A stretch of 64,000 nucleotides of DNA from Octopus vulgaris (lineage: Eukaryota): assembly GCA_951406725.2 (NCBI GenBank), contig OX597824.1, positions 73,346,001 to 73,410,000 of the forward strand, in the 5' to 3' direction. Under the pieces are notes generated by a model. That model saw nothing but the letters and a program-made list of their open reading frames with translations. It was not told the origin of the DNA and did not search any database. Positions 50,318-64,000 of this stretch are shown piece by piece (within the stretch, counting starts at the first letter, position 1; each line of letters opens with the position of its first letter). Position numbers and translations under genes: made by a program.

Positions 50318-50350
<33 letters not shown>
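50014..50350 (+). mobile_element. S2 / RTE-tail repeat, young
   Basis: CpG-rich with a long (GAT)n tail; begins after (TA)n. Confidence 0.8.
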
Positions 50351-50606
50351 ATATAAAGTAACACTTCTAGAGTCTGTGATGTCACTATTGTTAGATGCAT
50401 CCGGTTAAATACCCACATACTCACTGAGGAGTTTACAGATACACATTAACACATTCACACCTGCTCATGCATAAAGACGCACCCAAAAAGACTCAGGCAT
50501 GTGTGCGCGTGTGTGTGTGTTTGTGTGTGTGTGTATATATATATAGGGTTGCCAATTTAGTTGTTTGTGAGAACAGTCAATTTCATTTATTATCATTATT
50601 ATTATT

Positions 50607-51378
50607 GCCTTTGCAAGGCTTCTAACGCTGGAGATGTACTACAGTGTCAGCTGTTCACTACCAATGAACTAAAGTAACACCTCTTATTTTTCGAGCACCT
50701 TCCAGAGTATTCGAGCGGTTCCAAGTAGTGCTGTTATCTGCAAGTGCTCCACCCTTGTTGCAGCCCCTATTTGTTCCATGTACTTCTCAAAATTTTTACT
50801 CACTGTTCCCAGAGCTCCGACAATTATTGGTACTACTACCACCTTTTTCATCAACCACAGCTACTTAACTTCCCAAGCTAACCTGTCATATCTCTCGACT
50901 TTTCTTTCTTCCTTATTGCATACCTTGTTGTCAGCTGGGCATGCTATGTCTATGATCCAGCATAGTTTGTTTTCTTTCTCAATTAAGACTATGTCTGGCT
51001 TCCTATTCTCAATTGCATAGTCGCACTGAATTATATAATCCCATAGGATCTTTGCATTTCTATTTTCAACTAAGTGGTCGTACCAATTTTTCGCTCTGTC
51101 AAGTCCATACTTGTTGCAAAGTGTCCAATGGACAAGCCTGGCTATATTGTCATGGCGTTTCTTATATTCTTTCTGGGCTAGTGGCGTACATTGACTGGTA
51201 ATATGCCATACAGTTTCACCATTTTGTCCACAGATTCTGCACTTATCACTCTCTGATGTGTTATCTATTCTGTATTTTATATAGTTTGTTCTTAGTGCTT
51301 GCTCTTGGGCAGCACAGATTAGAACCTCTGTTTCCAGTTTTAAATCACTTTTAGTCATCCACAGCCATCTTTTTTCTC
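50607..51378 (-). mobile_element. R4/Dong-clade LINE 3' fragment (CCHC and RLE endonuclease)
   Basis: CRIC...HITSQC...RHD...KPDIVL...IIDIACP; (TAA)n on both flanks. Confidence 0.88.
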
Positions 51379-51425
<47 letters not shown>

Positions 51426-51439
51426 TATTATTATTGTTA

Positions 51440-51770
51440 AGGCACATGGTTCAGTGGTTAGAGCATCATGCTCACAATCATTAGGTAGTGATTTGGATTC
51501 CCAGACTGGGCTGTGTGTTGTGTTCTTGAGTAAGACACTTTATTTCACATTTCTCAGCAGTAGAAATGAGTTGTAACATCACAGGTGCCAAGCTGTATCT
51601 GCCTTTGCCTTTCCTTTGGATAACATCAGTGGTGTGAAGAGGGGAGGCAGGTATGCATGGGTGACTGCTGGTCTTTGATAAACAACTTTGCCCAGGCTTG
51701 TGCCTTGGAGGGCAATTTTCTAGGTGCAATCCCATGGTTATTCATGACTACAGGGGCCTTTACCCATTTT
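51440..51770 (+). mobile_element. SINE S5
   Basis: Homolog of 23010-23352. Confidence 0.75.
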
Positions 51771-51839
51771 ATATACTTGTTAATGCTGTTATGAGTTATA
51801 CACATGTGTATGTTTGCATATGTGAGTGCATATATATAT

Positions 51840-52150
51840 CACCACCGTGATCACCGTGACCGACCAGGCCATCAGATGTTGTTACACATCGCTGGTCACA
51901 ATGCGCTTCGCATTGATTTAGCCTTCAAATGACGCCACCCGCTGGCTAAGCGAGCAGGCCAACAGAAGAAAGAGTAAGAGAAAGTTGTGGCGAAAGAGTA
52001 CAGCAGGGATCGCCACCAACCCCTGCCGGAGTTTCGTGGAGCTTTAGGTGTTTTCGCTCAATAAGCACTCACAACGCCTGGTCTGGGAATCGAAACCACG
52101 ATCCTACGACTGCGAGTCCGCTGCCCTAACCACTAGGCCATTGCGCCTCC

Positions 52151-52151
<1 letters not shown>
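51840..52151 (-). mobile_element. S3-related tRNA SINE with a different 3' tail
   Basis: Head and core shared with S3; the tail (GGTCACGGTGATCACGGTGG on the minus strand) differs. Confidence 0.7.
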
Positions 52152-52225
<74 letters not shown>

Positions 52226-52972
52226 AGAGAGAGAGAGAGAGAGAGAGAGAATTAAGAGACACAACCTCCATAAAGTAATTCAATTAATAATGAAAGATAT
52301 TATCTATAATAAAATATAAATTTAAATATATTATTATTAACATTGTACTAAAAATGTCTATACTAAATAATACACATTAAAACAACATTATTATTAATAT
52401 TGTACTAAAAATTTCAATACTAAATAATACACATTAAAAAAATACACATTAAAACAACGACACACGTTTTGTGACTATGTATACAAATCTACAATATCAA
52501 AATCGATAATCTCAAAAATTAATATTTCTTCAAACCAATGGTACATACCAACTCTTCAGGTCTCAATAACATGAAATAAATTTACAACATAAATGAAGAC
52601 GTTTTATATATATATATATATATATAAATATGTTTTTAAATGTCTGTACCCCGCTCAGTAGAGAGGTCCTATTTTGATGATACTTGATCTAACTGGTACT
52701 GGTACCACATCAAATGCACTCAGTCACTATGTTAAGTGGTTGTCATTAGGGTGGGCATCCAACTGTGGAAACGATGCCAAAGCTGACAAAGAACCTGGGG
52801 GAGCCCTCTCACTCATCTGTTCTTGTTGAAATGTCCAACACTTGGCAGCATGAAAAGGTTATGTTAAATGATGATGATGATGATGATGATGATACATGTA
52901 TGTGTATGTATATATGTGTGTGAATGTGTATTTATGTATATTTGTGTGCATGAATATGTATGTGTGTAAATG

Positions 52973-53022
<50 letters not shown>

Positions 53023-53171
53023 TATATGTATGCATATGTGTGTGTGTCTATACACACACACATATGTACTTGTATACACCTGGTCTTTTCATAATTTTGT
53101 ACCTGCTAAGTCTCGATCTACTGCTCCTCTTGTCTATTTGATGCTTTCTCATCCGTCCATTTATTGTGGGC

Positions 53172-53766
53172 AGTGAGCTGGCAGAAACGTTAGCACGCCG
53201 GCCGAAATGCGTAGCCGTATTTCGTCTGCCGCTACGTTCTGAGTTCAAATTCTGCCGAGGTCGACTTTGCCTTTCATCCTTTCGGGGTCAATAAATTAAG
53301 TACCAGTTACGCACTGGAGTCGATGTAATCGACTTAATCCGTTTGTCTGTCCTTGTTTGTCCCCTCTATGTTTAGCCCCTTGTGGGTAGTAAAGAAATAG
53401 GTATTTCGTCTGCCGCTACGTTCTGAGTTCAAATTCCGCCGAGGTCGACTTTGCCTTTCATCCTTTCGGGGTCAATAAATTAAGTACCAGTTACGCACTG
53501 GAGTCGATGTAATCGACTTAATCCGTTTGTCTGTCCTTGTTTGTCCCCTCTATGTTTAGCCCCTTGTGGGTAGTAAAGAAATAGGTATTTCGTCTGCCGC
53601 TACGTTCCGAGTTCAAATTCCGCTGAGGTCGACTTTGCCTTTCATCCTTTCGGGGTCAATAAATTAAGTACCAGTTACGCACTGGAGTCGATGTAATCAA
53701 CTTAATCCGTTTGTCTGTCCTTGTTTGTCCCCTCTGTGTTTAGCCCCTTGTGGGCAATAAAGAAAT
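53172..53766 (+). repeat. SINE S4 with three tandem 184-bp units
   Basis: GTATTTCGTCTGCCGCTACG at 53217, 53401 and 53585; units near-identical. Confidence 0.92.
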
Positions 53767-54007
53767 ATATTGTCCCTTCTCCTATGTGCCATGCTATGCC
53801 ATTAGTGGAATGACATAAGACACTAGAGCCTTCCATATGCAATCCTCACTGTTTATCACCGCCTGTATCTCAGAAGATCCTCTCATCTCCCATTTACAAT
53901 CCTTGATTAATGATGGACTGCACTGGATCATCTGATGCTTTTTCTTTCATCTCTCTCGACCCACTCACCAGCAAATATGTAGCTACCTTATTTTGTGTGT
54001 GTTTGCA

Positions 54008-54038
<31 letters not shown>

Positions 54039-54768
54039 GTTTGCATGTGTGTGTGTGTGTGTGTGTTTGCACGTGTGTGTGTTTGTGTGTGTGTATGCGT
54101 GTGTGTGTGTGCGTGTGTGCGTGCGTGCGTGCGTGTGTGTGTGACTCCCATCATGATGCCTGAATAACAAACAAGCATTTGCAATGAATCTGTTCATATA
54201 TGAAATCCTACCCCTCCTTACATCCCCGTAACTTAGAGGTTCAGCAAAAGAGACTGATAGAATAAGTACTAGGCTTACAAAGAATAAGTCCTGGGGTTGA
54301 TCAGTTCGACTAAAGGCAGTGCTCCAGCATGGCCACAGTCAAATGACTGAAACAAGTAAAAGAGTGAAAGAGTAAAAGAGAATGTATGTATATAAGTACG
54401 TATGTACGCATGTATGTATGTATGTATGTATGTATGTATGTATGTATGTATGTATGTATGTATGCATGTATGTATGTACATATGTATGTATGTGTGTATA
54501 TGTTTGCATACATGTGTGTGTGTGTCTGTGTGAGTTGTGTATGTATGTAATTATGTATTTAAATAAGTACTTAAATGTGTATATAAATATGTATTTATGC
54601 ATGTATGTATGCATTTGTGTGTGTATGTATGAACTTATGCTTGTACATATGTGTGTATGAGCATATGTATATATATAAATGAAAGTGTTTATGTATATAT
54701 CTATGTCTGTATGCATGCATGTATGTATGTATGTATGTATATATGTATCTATATATATATATGTATGT

Positions 54769-54836
<68 letters not shown>

Positions 54837-55061
54837 TGGAAATGTGTATGTACATTTGTGTGTATATTTGTATATATGTGTATGCATGTGAATGCATCCA
54901 TGCAGATGTTAATGTATATTTTTATGTGTGTATATATATATGTACATAAGTATATATCTATGTGAGTGTGTAATGTGTGCGTAGAGTGAGAAAGAGAGAC
55001 TGACATAGAGTGAAAGTGAGAGTTACAGGTATAAACAAGAGGGGAGTTGAATATGAAATAT

Positions 55062-55098
<37 letters not shown>

Positions 55099-55628
55099 AG
55101 AGAGAGAAAGAGAGAGAGTAGACAAACAGATAGAGAGAGCTGTGAGGAAAGAGGAAGAAGTGGAGGGAAAATATATAAATAGAAAAGGGAAAACTGAATC
55201 TGCCCCACTCCCTTTAAAACAATAAATAAATAAATAAAATAAATAAATATAACCAACAAAATAAGCTAGAAATAATTATAAAAGACAACTGTTTTCCCTT
55301 TCTTTTTCTAATTCAGGAAAAGTAAACTAAATAAATAATAAATATAACTAACGAAAAGCTAAAAATAATTATAAAAATATCGACTATGTTTTTCCTATTT
55401 TCTTTACTTCAGTAAAAGTAAAATAAAATAAAAAGAATTTATATTTTTCTATATATAAATAACATTATAAATAACATATTATAATACAATTTTGCTAAAT
55501 AAATAAATAAATAAATGAAAATCCTTTACAAAATAAAAGGTGAAAGAGAGAGAAAGAGACAGAAAAATAGAGAGAGAGATAGGAACGGTGAAACTGTGAG
55601 AAACAAGGAGAAAGAGAGAGGGATAGCG

Positions 55629-55661
<33 letters not shown>

Positions 55662-55669
55662 GAGAGATT

Positions 55670-55709
<40 letters not shown>

Positions 55710-55859
55710 GAGAGATTGAAGGAGGGAGGGAGAGAGAGAGGAGGGTTGAGGTTAGGCTTAAAAAAATTACCTGTTATGTAGAAAAGAAGCTTAGCACATG
55801 GTCTTATGTTGAAATGATAGACAAGTTGTAGCTCAATCTACACACACACACACACACAC

Positions 55860-56925
<1,066 letters not shown>

Positions 56926-57677
56926 CCTTTATGTATGTTTGTGTGTTTGTGTGCATGTGTGTGTATGTGTGTATGTTGGGGGCATGTAGACAGATATAGA
57001 TATAGATATAAACATAGATATATGGAAACTGAAAGATCTAGTGAATGGGAAGAGATTTCAAGAAATTCTAACTAATGCATATGACTACAAAGAGGTAGGT
57101 TTTCGATACATGTAACATAGATGAAATCTGGGAATTTCTATGAAATATCTTGCTCAGAGTCATTGAACAGACATATGGCTGGAGCAAAGACCTGATCAAG
57201 CTGAGAGTAACATGGAGGTGGAATGATACCATTGATAGGACAGTCAAGGCTAAGAAACAGGCATGAAAAACCTGGGATGTAGAGGTTAGCAGGGAGCATT
57301 ACCAAGTGGGTAGAAGAGCAACTTGGTGACAGGTGTATCTGGTGAAAGGTGGAGCAGAGAGGAAGAGATTTGTGCATGTCATGCAGCGTGAGGATTGGAG
57401 GTGTGAAGTGTTCAGGATCGTAAGGAAGTGTGTGAGAGAGAATGGTTAAGTCATTGTTAGAAGAATGTTCAGAATGATGAAAACATACTTGCCACTGATA
57501 TGGAAAATAAGAAGGCATTGTGGAATTGTTATTATGAAAGACTGTTGAATGTAGAGAATGTAAGGGAAGAGGAGGAGCTAGTATGAGCTGATCCTTTTGA
57601 AGGACCACGATTCGAGTTGACAGCAGCATTGTAGAAAAGGTAATCAAGGAGGTGAAAAGTGGGAAATCTGCAGGTTC

Positions 57678-57961
57678 TGTGGGATGACGTCAGCAGCTGG
57701 GGAGCTGACCAGAACTTAGGGCTGACTGGAAGGGGAAGGGGGCTGGAGTGACGTGTGCGCAGGCAGGGGAACATTGGGCCTTTTCGATCGGGGTAGCCGA
57801 CAGAGTTGGACATGTGAGCGCTTTGTCAAGGTGGGGGAAAAGCAGCTGCTATTTCTCGCGTTCGGGTTGGGCCATGTGGAAGGGTGCATTACCACTGGAT
57901 AGGTCTCCGTCGACGAAGAGAAGGTAGGTGTCCTTATTTCAAATCTCCTGCATACACCACA
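57678..57961. mobile_element. Solo LTR, 284 bp
   Basis: TGTGG...CCACA termini and perfect 5-bp TSD GGTTC; the LINE frame resumes across it. Confidence 0.88.
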
Positions 57962-58143
57962 GGTTCATCTGGGATAGTTGCAGAGATGCTCAAGATATCT
58001 GGTGAGGTAGAGTATGAGATACCCACCCAGGGAATAAATCAAGTCATATAAGAAGGAGCCGTACTCAGTGACTGGTGTTGCAGTATCATTGTAAGCTACT
58101 ACAAAGGCGACAGAGATGCTGTAAAAGGAAGCATTTATAGAGA

Positions 58144-58538
58144 AACTTGCAGTATCGCCTGGCGTTGCTCGGGTTTGTTTCGACCCTTTAGAATTGGAAT
58201 TTTTGAAAAGTAAAAATTTTGCATTATGTAGCTTGTTATTCTCTTTAAGTGAAAAATTTTCTGGTTGAAATACACCGAAAAATGGCGACACAGCAGTAAA
58301 AAAATCGTAAAAAATAGGGATTTTCAAAGAAAAAAAGTACCCTTTTGATGTAAATAAATTTTGGTGTTAACATGGTCCAATTTGAATTTTTTCTTCTACG
58401 GAAGGAAGAGCAAGCCTTCTTCTATCATACTTTCAATTTTGGTTAACTTGTGCCACAGGGTCTCGGAGGAGATAGTGTTAGTTGAAGGCTACCAAACCTG
58501 CCATACACAGACAACTTCAGCTTTATATATAGAGAGAT
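58144..58538 (+). mobile_element. Helitron/HINE-like non-autonomous element
   Basis: AACTTGCAGTATCGCCTGGCGTTGCTCGGG start (short hairpin) and CAGACAACTTCAGCTTTATATATAGA end; interrupts the LINE without a clear TSD. Confidence 0.6.
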
Positions 58539-58776
58539 TAAATTGCTGGATCAGGTTATGAGAACAAAGAGTGAGTCATTGCACAATGGCTTCATTACAG
58601 GATAGATCTAGAGGAGATGCAGTTTGGTTTTGTGCTCAGAAGAAATATCACAGATGCAATCTTTCTAGTGAGGCAACTGCTGGAGAAATTCTTCGTTAAG
58701 AGTAAATCTTTATCTATGGCATTCGAGAAGGCATTCAACAGGATCCACATACACTAATGAAACTGGGCATTGACAA

Positions 58777-59378
58777 ATAATAATAATAATAATGAAATTA
58801 TTGTTATACAGTGCTCAGGTGCACCACAACTTGTCAAAAGTGCGTATAAAGCATATGCAGTAATGTACAAATGTCTGGAAAGTGAACAGTGTATGAGTCA
58901 GATACATGCTTGTATGTGTATGGAGGGGAGAAAATCAGGTGTAGTGTTGGCGAATGTCAAGAAGCATGGAAGTTTTGAAGGATGCAGTGCTCTAACAATT
59001 AACAACTGATGCCGGCAGTTTGTTCCATGCTTCAGTAACTCTTAGTGTGAAAAAATGTTTCTGAAAGTCATGGGAGCTGTGCTGTTTTCTGACTTTGTAA
59101 ATATGTCCACGGGTGTTAGACAGGTGGAGTTTGAAAAGGTGCTCAGAGTTATTGTTAGTAAGATGGTTAATAGTTTTATGGGCGTCTGCCAAGTCAGCTG
59201 CCAGACGTCGGAGTTTCAATGTGTCCATGCCCAGGGAAGTAAGGCGTTCAGAATATGGCAAATGCCTGGTGGAGGGTATTCTCTTGGTTGCACGTTGCTG
59301 AACGGCTTCCAGACGATTAATATCCTGGGCAAGATAGGGGTTCCAGACCGGTGATGCAAATTCCAGGTGAGGTCGCGG
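58777..59378 (-). mobile_element. CR1-clade LINE 3' end
   Basis: RPHLEFASPVWNPY...LEAVQQRATK...TRGH...FFTLRVTEAWNKLP; short (ATT)n tail. Confidence 0.88.
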
Positions 59379-59983
59379 ATTGTGAGAGCTATGTACAAAA
59401 ACACAGTAAGTAAAGTAAGTCAGCAATGACTTCAGTGAAGAATTTAGTGTAAGGGTTGGAGTCCATCAAGGTTTGGTTTTCAGTCCCTTCCTATTCATCA
59501 TAGTCTTACAGGCAATCAGAGAGGAGTTTAAGATTGGCTGTCCATGGGAATTCCTATATACTGATGATCTAGTTCTCAAAGTTTAATCTATGGAGTAATT
59601 TGAGAGGAAATTTCAAGCATGAAAGCTAAACCTGGAGTCAAGAGGTCATAAACTTAGCAAAGATAAAAGTTTTAGTTAGAAAGAAAGAAGATAAGACCCT
59701 GATATCCTTGGGGAAATGGTATAAGCTCTGTACAGTCCACTTAATTTAGGCTGTAGACACAAGAGATATAATGGAATCACAGGTAGACTATCAAAGCACT
59801 TAAGCTCAAATACCAAAGGTAGAGTAATATGCATTTTATTAAAGCTGAAAAAATCTTCACAAGCTGTTACTCAAAGTTTCATGTTAACATTTGTCAGACA
59901 CTTATATTCACACACATTGCTGTTTGTTGGACAGTATGATCAAAACTGCCTGATGAATGGTAATGGGTAACTCTGAGTAAGAT

Positions 59984-60395
59984 CTCTTTTACTCTTTTAT
60001 TCTTTTACTTGTTTCAGTCATGTGACTGTGGCCATGCTGGGGCACCGCCTTTAGTCGAGCAAATCAACCCCAGGACTTATTCTTTGTAAGCCTAGTACTT
60101 ATTCTATTGGTCTCTTTTGCTGAACCGCTAAGTTACGGGAATGTGAACACACCAGCATCAGTTGTCAAGCAATGTTGGGGGGGGGGGGGGGCAAACACAG
60201 ACACAAACATATACACATATATACATATATACGACAAGCTTCTTTCAGTTTCCATTTACCAAATTCACTCACAAGGCTTTGGTCGGCTTGAGGCTATAAT
60301 AGAAGACATTTGTCCAAGGTGTCATGCAGTGGGACTGAACTCGGAACCATGTGGTTGGGAAGCAAGCTACTTACCACACAGCCACTCCTACATCT
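59984..60395 (-). mobile_element. SINE S1
   Basis: Full reverse-complement copy. Confidence 0.85.
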
Positions 60396-61713
60396 ATTCT
60401 GGGAAAATTTTTTGGCTTTAATAAAAAGTACACACACACACACACACACACATTGGTAAATAGATAATAGAATATGGATTGAATGATATACTTCACTACA
60501 ATCGTTTCAGTAAATTTTTACTGTTGTAGTACATTGGTGAGATGATATAATTAGCATATTGTATAATCACTATCATCTGTCAAAGGTGCTAGATGTGTTT
60601 TTGCAGGTGATTGTTTTAAATGAATCTTTTGTTAGATCATACTGTTCTTTCACTCAGTGTTAAAATGACTACCCGAAGCAGTGTGCCATTTTCAGCAATT
60701 TGCAGACAGAACTTAATCCACAGATAAAGTGACAGACAAAATACAATAATTGTATACTATGGAATTCCTGATGTATACCCAGTAGTAAGAAGATTTCCTC
60801 TGTATAATGAGATTTGGTGGCCAATAACTGTGGACAAGCTTTGCACGGCATACTACAAGGTTTTAATGAAATCTTATTTAATCATATGTGTGTGTGCATG
60901 TGTGTGCACGTACAAGTGTGTGTGTGTGTGCATGTACATGCACGTGCATGTGCACATGCAGAATACCAATACATGCAGCCCTTATAGATGTGATGGAGAG
61001 GTGTTATGGAACGTTTTTATTGATTAAATTTGGGGTTCTGCTATTGTGCAGAAGTTATTCATGCATGAAGAATATGCATGCAGAACTTCATAATCAGGTG
61101 TGTCTATTTAGGTGTGTTAGTTTCTGGTTCATGGGGTTATTATTCTTTGTAGGGGTTCTCAAAAGGATGTAGCTAGGAAGAAGGGGTTAGTTGGTAAGCA
61201 AATATGTCACTATATATATACATATATATAAAGCCAAACATATGCACATACACACACAAACACACACATACACACCACACACACACACAGACACACACAC
61301 ACAAGTATTCATATATGTTGTCATCATCATTTAACATTCGTTTTTCTATGCTGGCATGAGTTGAATGGTTTGAGAGGAGCTCTATAACTGAAGACCTGCT
61401 TAGGCTCCATGTCTGTTTTAGACATGGTTCCTATAGCTGGATGCCCTTCCTAATGCCAACCACGTTACAGAGTGTACTGGGTGCTCCTATATATATACAT
61501 ATGTGTGTGTATATATATATACATATATATATATATATAAAAAGCACCAACTACACTCTCGGAGTGGTTGGCGTTAGGAAGGGCATCCAGCTGTAGAAAC
61601 ACTGCCAGATCAGACTGGGCCTGGCACAGCCTTCTGGCTTCCCAGACCCCAGTTGAACCATCCAACCCATGCTAGCATGGGAAACGGATGTTAAACGATG
61701 ATGATGATGATGA

Positions 61714-61750
<37 letters not shown>

Positions 61751-61799
61751 TAAATATTTAAAATATACTTATATAGATATTATTACAAGTAAAATAAAT

Positions 61800-62017
61800 A
61801 ATCTTTTCTACCCTAGGTACAAGGCTCGAAATTTTGGGGGAGGTGGCCACTTGATTAGATCGATCCAATATGCAACTGGTACTTAATTTATTGACCCTTT
61901 AAGGATGAAAGGCAAAGTCGACCTTGGTAGAATTTGAACTCAGAACGCAAAGACAGATGAAATATTGCTAAGCATTTCATCCGGTATGCTAATGTTTCTG
62001 CCAGCTTGGCGCCTTAG
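61800..62017 (-). mobile_element. SINE S4
   Basis: Reverse-complement head and core. Confidence 0.75.
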
Positions 62018-62986
62018 TAAAATAACTAATAACAACAATAATATAAGTGGCTAGCAAGCAAAAGCTGATAAATGGTAAATCCAATGTATTATAAATAATT
62101 TGTAATTATAAGGCACACAAGGTGCTGGCATAGATCTATTAGTTTTGGATACCCCCTCATGCATCTGCCAACATAATGAAGTAACTTCAAGCTCCCCCAG
62201 AAACAACTGTTGGACTTGTAATACCATACCTTCTCTTCTAATTCTTTGAGTTTATATGATCTTAGTAAGTCTGCTCCATTAATATGTAAATATATATATA
62301 TATTTGTATATATATATTTATACTTGAATGTTAACCATCTGAAAATTTTTCTGTCTCTTACTTTTCTTTATTTACATGTATACAACATCATTATTTAATA
62401 TCTGTTGTCCATGCTGGCATGGGTTGGATGGTTGGACCAGCGCTGGCAAGCTGGGGAGCTGCACCAGACTCCAGTCTGATTTGGCATTGTTGCTACTGCT
62501 AGATGCCTTCTTAATACCAACCACTTAACAGAATGTGCTGAGTGCTTTTCCATGTAAGTTCTTGTACTTACTTTGAGCACTACAAGATGTTTTCTATATA
62601 GAGATTCTTCCAATGTTATCTGTTAACTCTCTTTCTCACTATATATATATATATATATATAGATAGAGATGGAAAAAAAGTCAAGGTAGAAAATGCTAAA
62701 ATAATTTTATAAAAATCATTTCAGTACCGGTTTCAGTCATTGAGACATTTTCAACTCTAAAGTATGGAAAACAACTAAATTTTGGAAAATTTTAATTTTA
62801 AAAGAATATTTATATAGTATTCAAATACAAGAGGCATTTTCCTTGTTTCTACCTGTCTCTGTCTTTCTTGTATACTCTTGTGGGTTTGAGGTCGTTTTGG
62901 ATTCTTGGTAGGGGAGAAGAAGAATGCAGGAGTGCCATGATAGTAGTATGTTAAACGGTCAAGCGCCATTTATATATATATATTTT

Positions 62987-63147
62987 GGTGTAGGCATGAC
63001 TGTGTGGTAAGAAGCTTCCTTCCCATCCACATGGTTCAGGGTTCAGTCACACTGTTTGGCACTTTGGGCAAGTGTCTTTTACTATAGCCTTGGGCCGACC
63101 AAAGCCTTATGAGTGGATTTGGTCGACGGAAACTGAAAGAAGCCTGT

Positions 63148-63188
<41 letters not shown>

Positions 63189-63377
63189 TTGTGTGTTTGT
63201 CCCTCCACCATCACTTGACAATCGATCTTGGTGTGTTTACGTCTCCCATAACTTAGCAGTTCGATAAAAAACACTGATAAAGTAAGTACCAGGCTTACAA
63301 AGAATAAGTTCAGGGATTGATTTCTTTGACTAAAAGGCAGTGCTCCAGCATGGCTACAGTAATCAAGCAAAAAGAAT
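62987..63377 (+). mobile_element. SINE S1
   Basis: Full-length homolog. Confidence 0.8.
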
Positions 63378-63530
63378 ATATATTTGATATTTTGAACTAC
63401 TGGGTATATGTTGCTTAGTGTGTTGAAGTGTTGAGTAGAGCACTGACATAGTCTAGGCTATCTTGTGTCATTCGCAGTTAGGGTATATTTTCGTTGTGTC
63501 TACTTCAGGAATTCTGCAGCGTTAGTTGAG

Positions 63531-63644
63531 ATAATGATAATTGATTAAGTAACCAGAAGATGGATTTGGTATTAATCTTTATTTTGTACAAAATAAAGAT
63601 TAATACCAAATTCATCTTCTGGTTACTTAATCAATTATCATTAT
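63531..63644. repeat. 114-bp spacerless palindrome
   Basis: 57-bp arms with one mismatch, centre TGT|ACA. Confidence 0.95.
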
Positions 63645-63675
63645 ATATTTGTGTATGTGTGTGTGTGTGTGTGTG

Positions 63676-63752
<77 letters not shown>

Positions 63753-63855
63753 ATATATATATTTGATATGATTTTAAAACAAAACTGTCCTACGAATGGA
63801 AATGTGAAACTCTGGGTAACAACTTTTGTTATATTTCTGCTGCTTTTAAATAAAG

Positions 63856-63906
<51 letters not shown>

Positions 63907-64000
63907 ATATATAATATATATATTCTTTTATTTTTTTTACTTGTTTCAGTCATTTGACTGCAGCCATGGAGCACCACCTTCAGTCAAACAAATCGATCCC

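Larger units (their letters stand above)
57030..59790 (+). mobile_element. Decayed RTE-clade LINE carrying three nested insertions
   Basis: KSGKSAG/SSGIVAEMLK; IKLLDQ; MQFGF...TDAIFLVRQL; EKAFNRI; VGVHQG; LYTDDL. Confidence 0.85.

Noticed and set aside
52330-52455. Local 55-90-bp tandem duplications (also 55259-55430 and 56414/56963)
   Set aside because: Ordinary slippage duplications in AT-rich DNA.
53217-53766. CRISPR-like array
   Set aside because: Whole 184-bp units repeat with no unique spacers; eukaryotic context and no cas genes.

Overview
AT-rich, repeat-saturated animal DNA. The SINE, MITE and microsatellite repertoire looks cephalopod (probably Octopus); this is inferred from recognised repeat types, not from a search. 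There is no prokaryote-style gene content, CRISPR array, rRNA or intact tRNA, and most ORFs in the track are microsatellite artefacts. The window is mostly a transposon graveyard: at least five tRNA-derived SINE families; RTE, CR1 and R4/Dong LINE fragments; a decayed Naiad-type Penelope-like element (PLE); a decayed piggyBac and its TTAA MITEs; three mariner remnants; nested hAT MITEs; Helitron/HINE-like elements; and two solo LTRs. A weakly supported three-exon minus-strand gene model (97 aa) may span 24-45 kb. The most notable observations are: (1) a solo LTR fused to a 39-nt copy of tRNA-Trp that ends exactly at tRNA position 38, the whole unit flanked by a 4-bp TSD; (2) a canonical hammerhead ribozyme behind the PLE, with several decayed ones elsewhere, including one in the tail of a tRNA-SINE; (3) a recurrent class of (TA)n-associated long palindromes; (4) a SINE that appears to propagate as head-to-tail concatemers.
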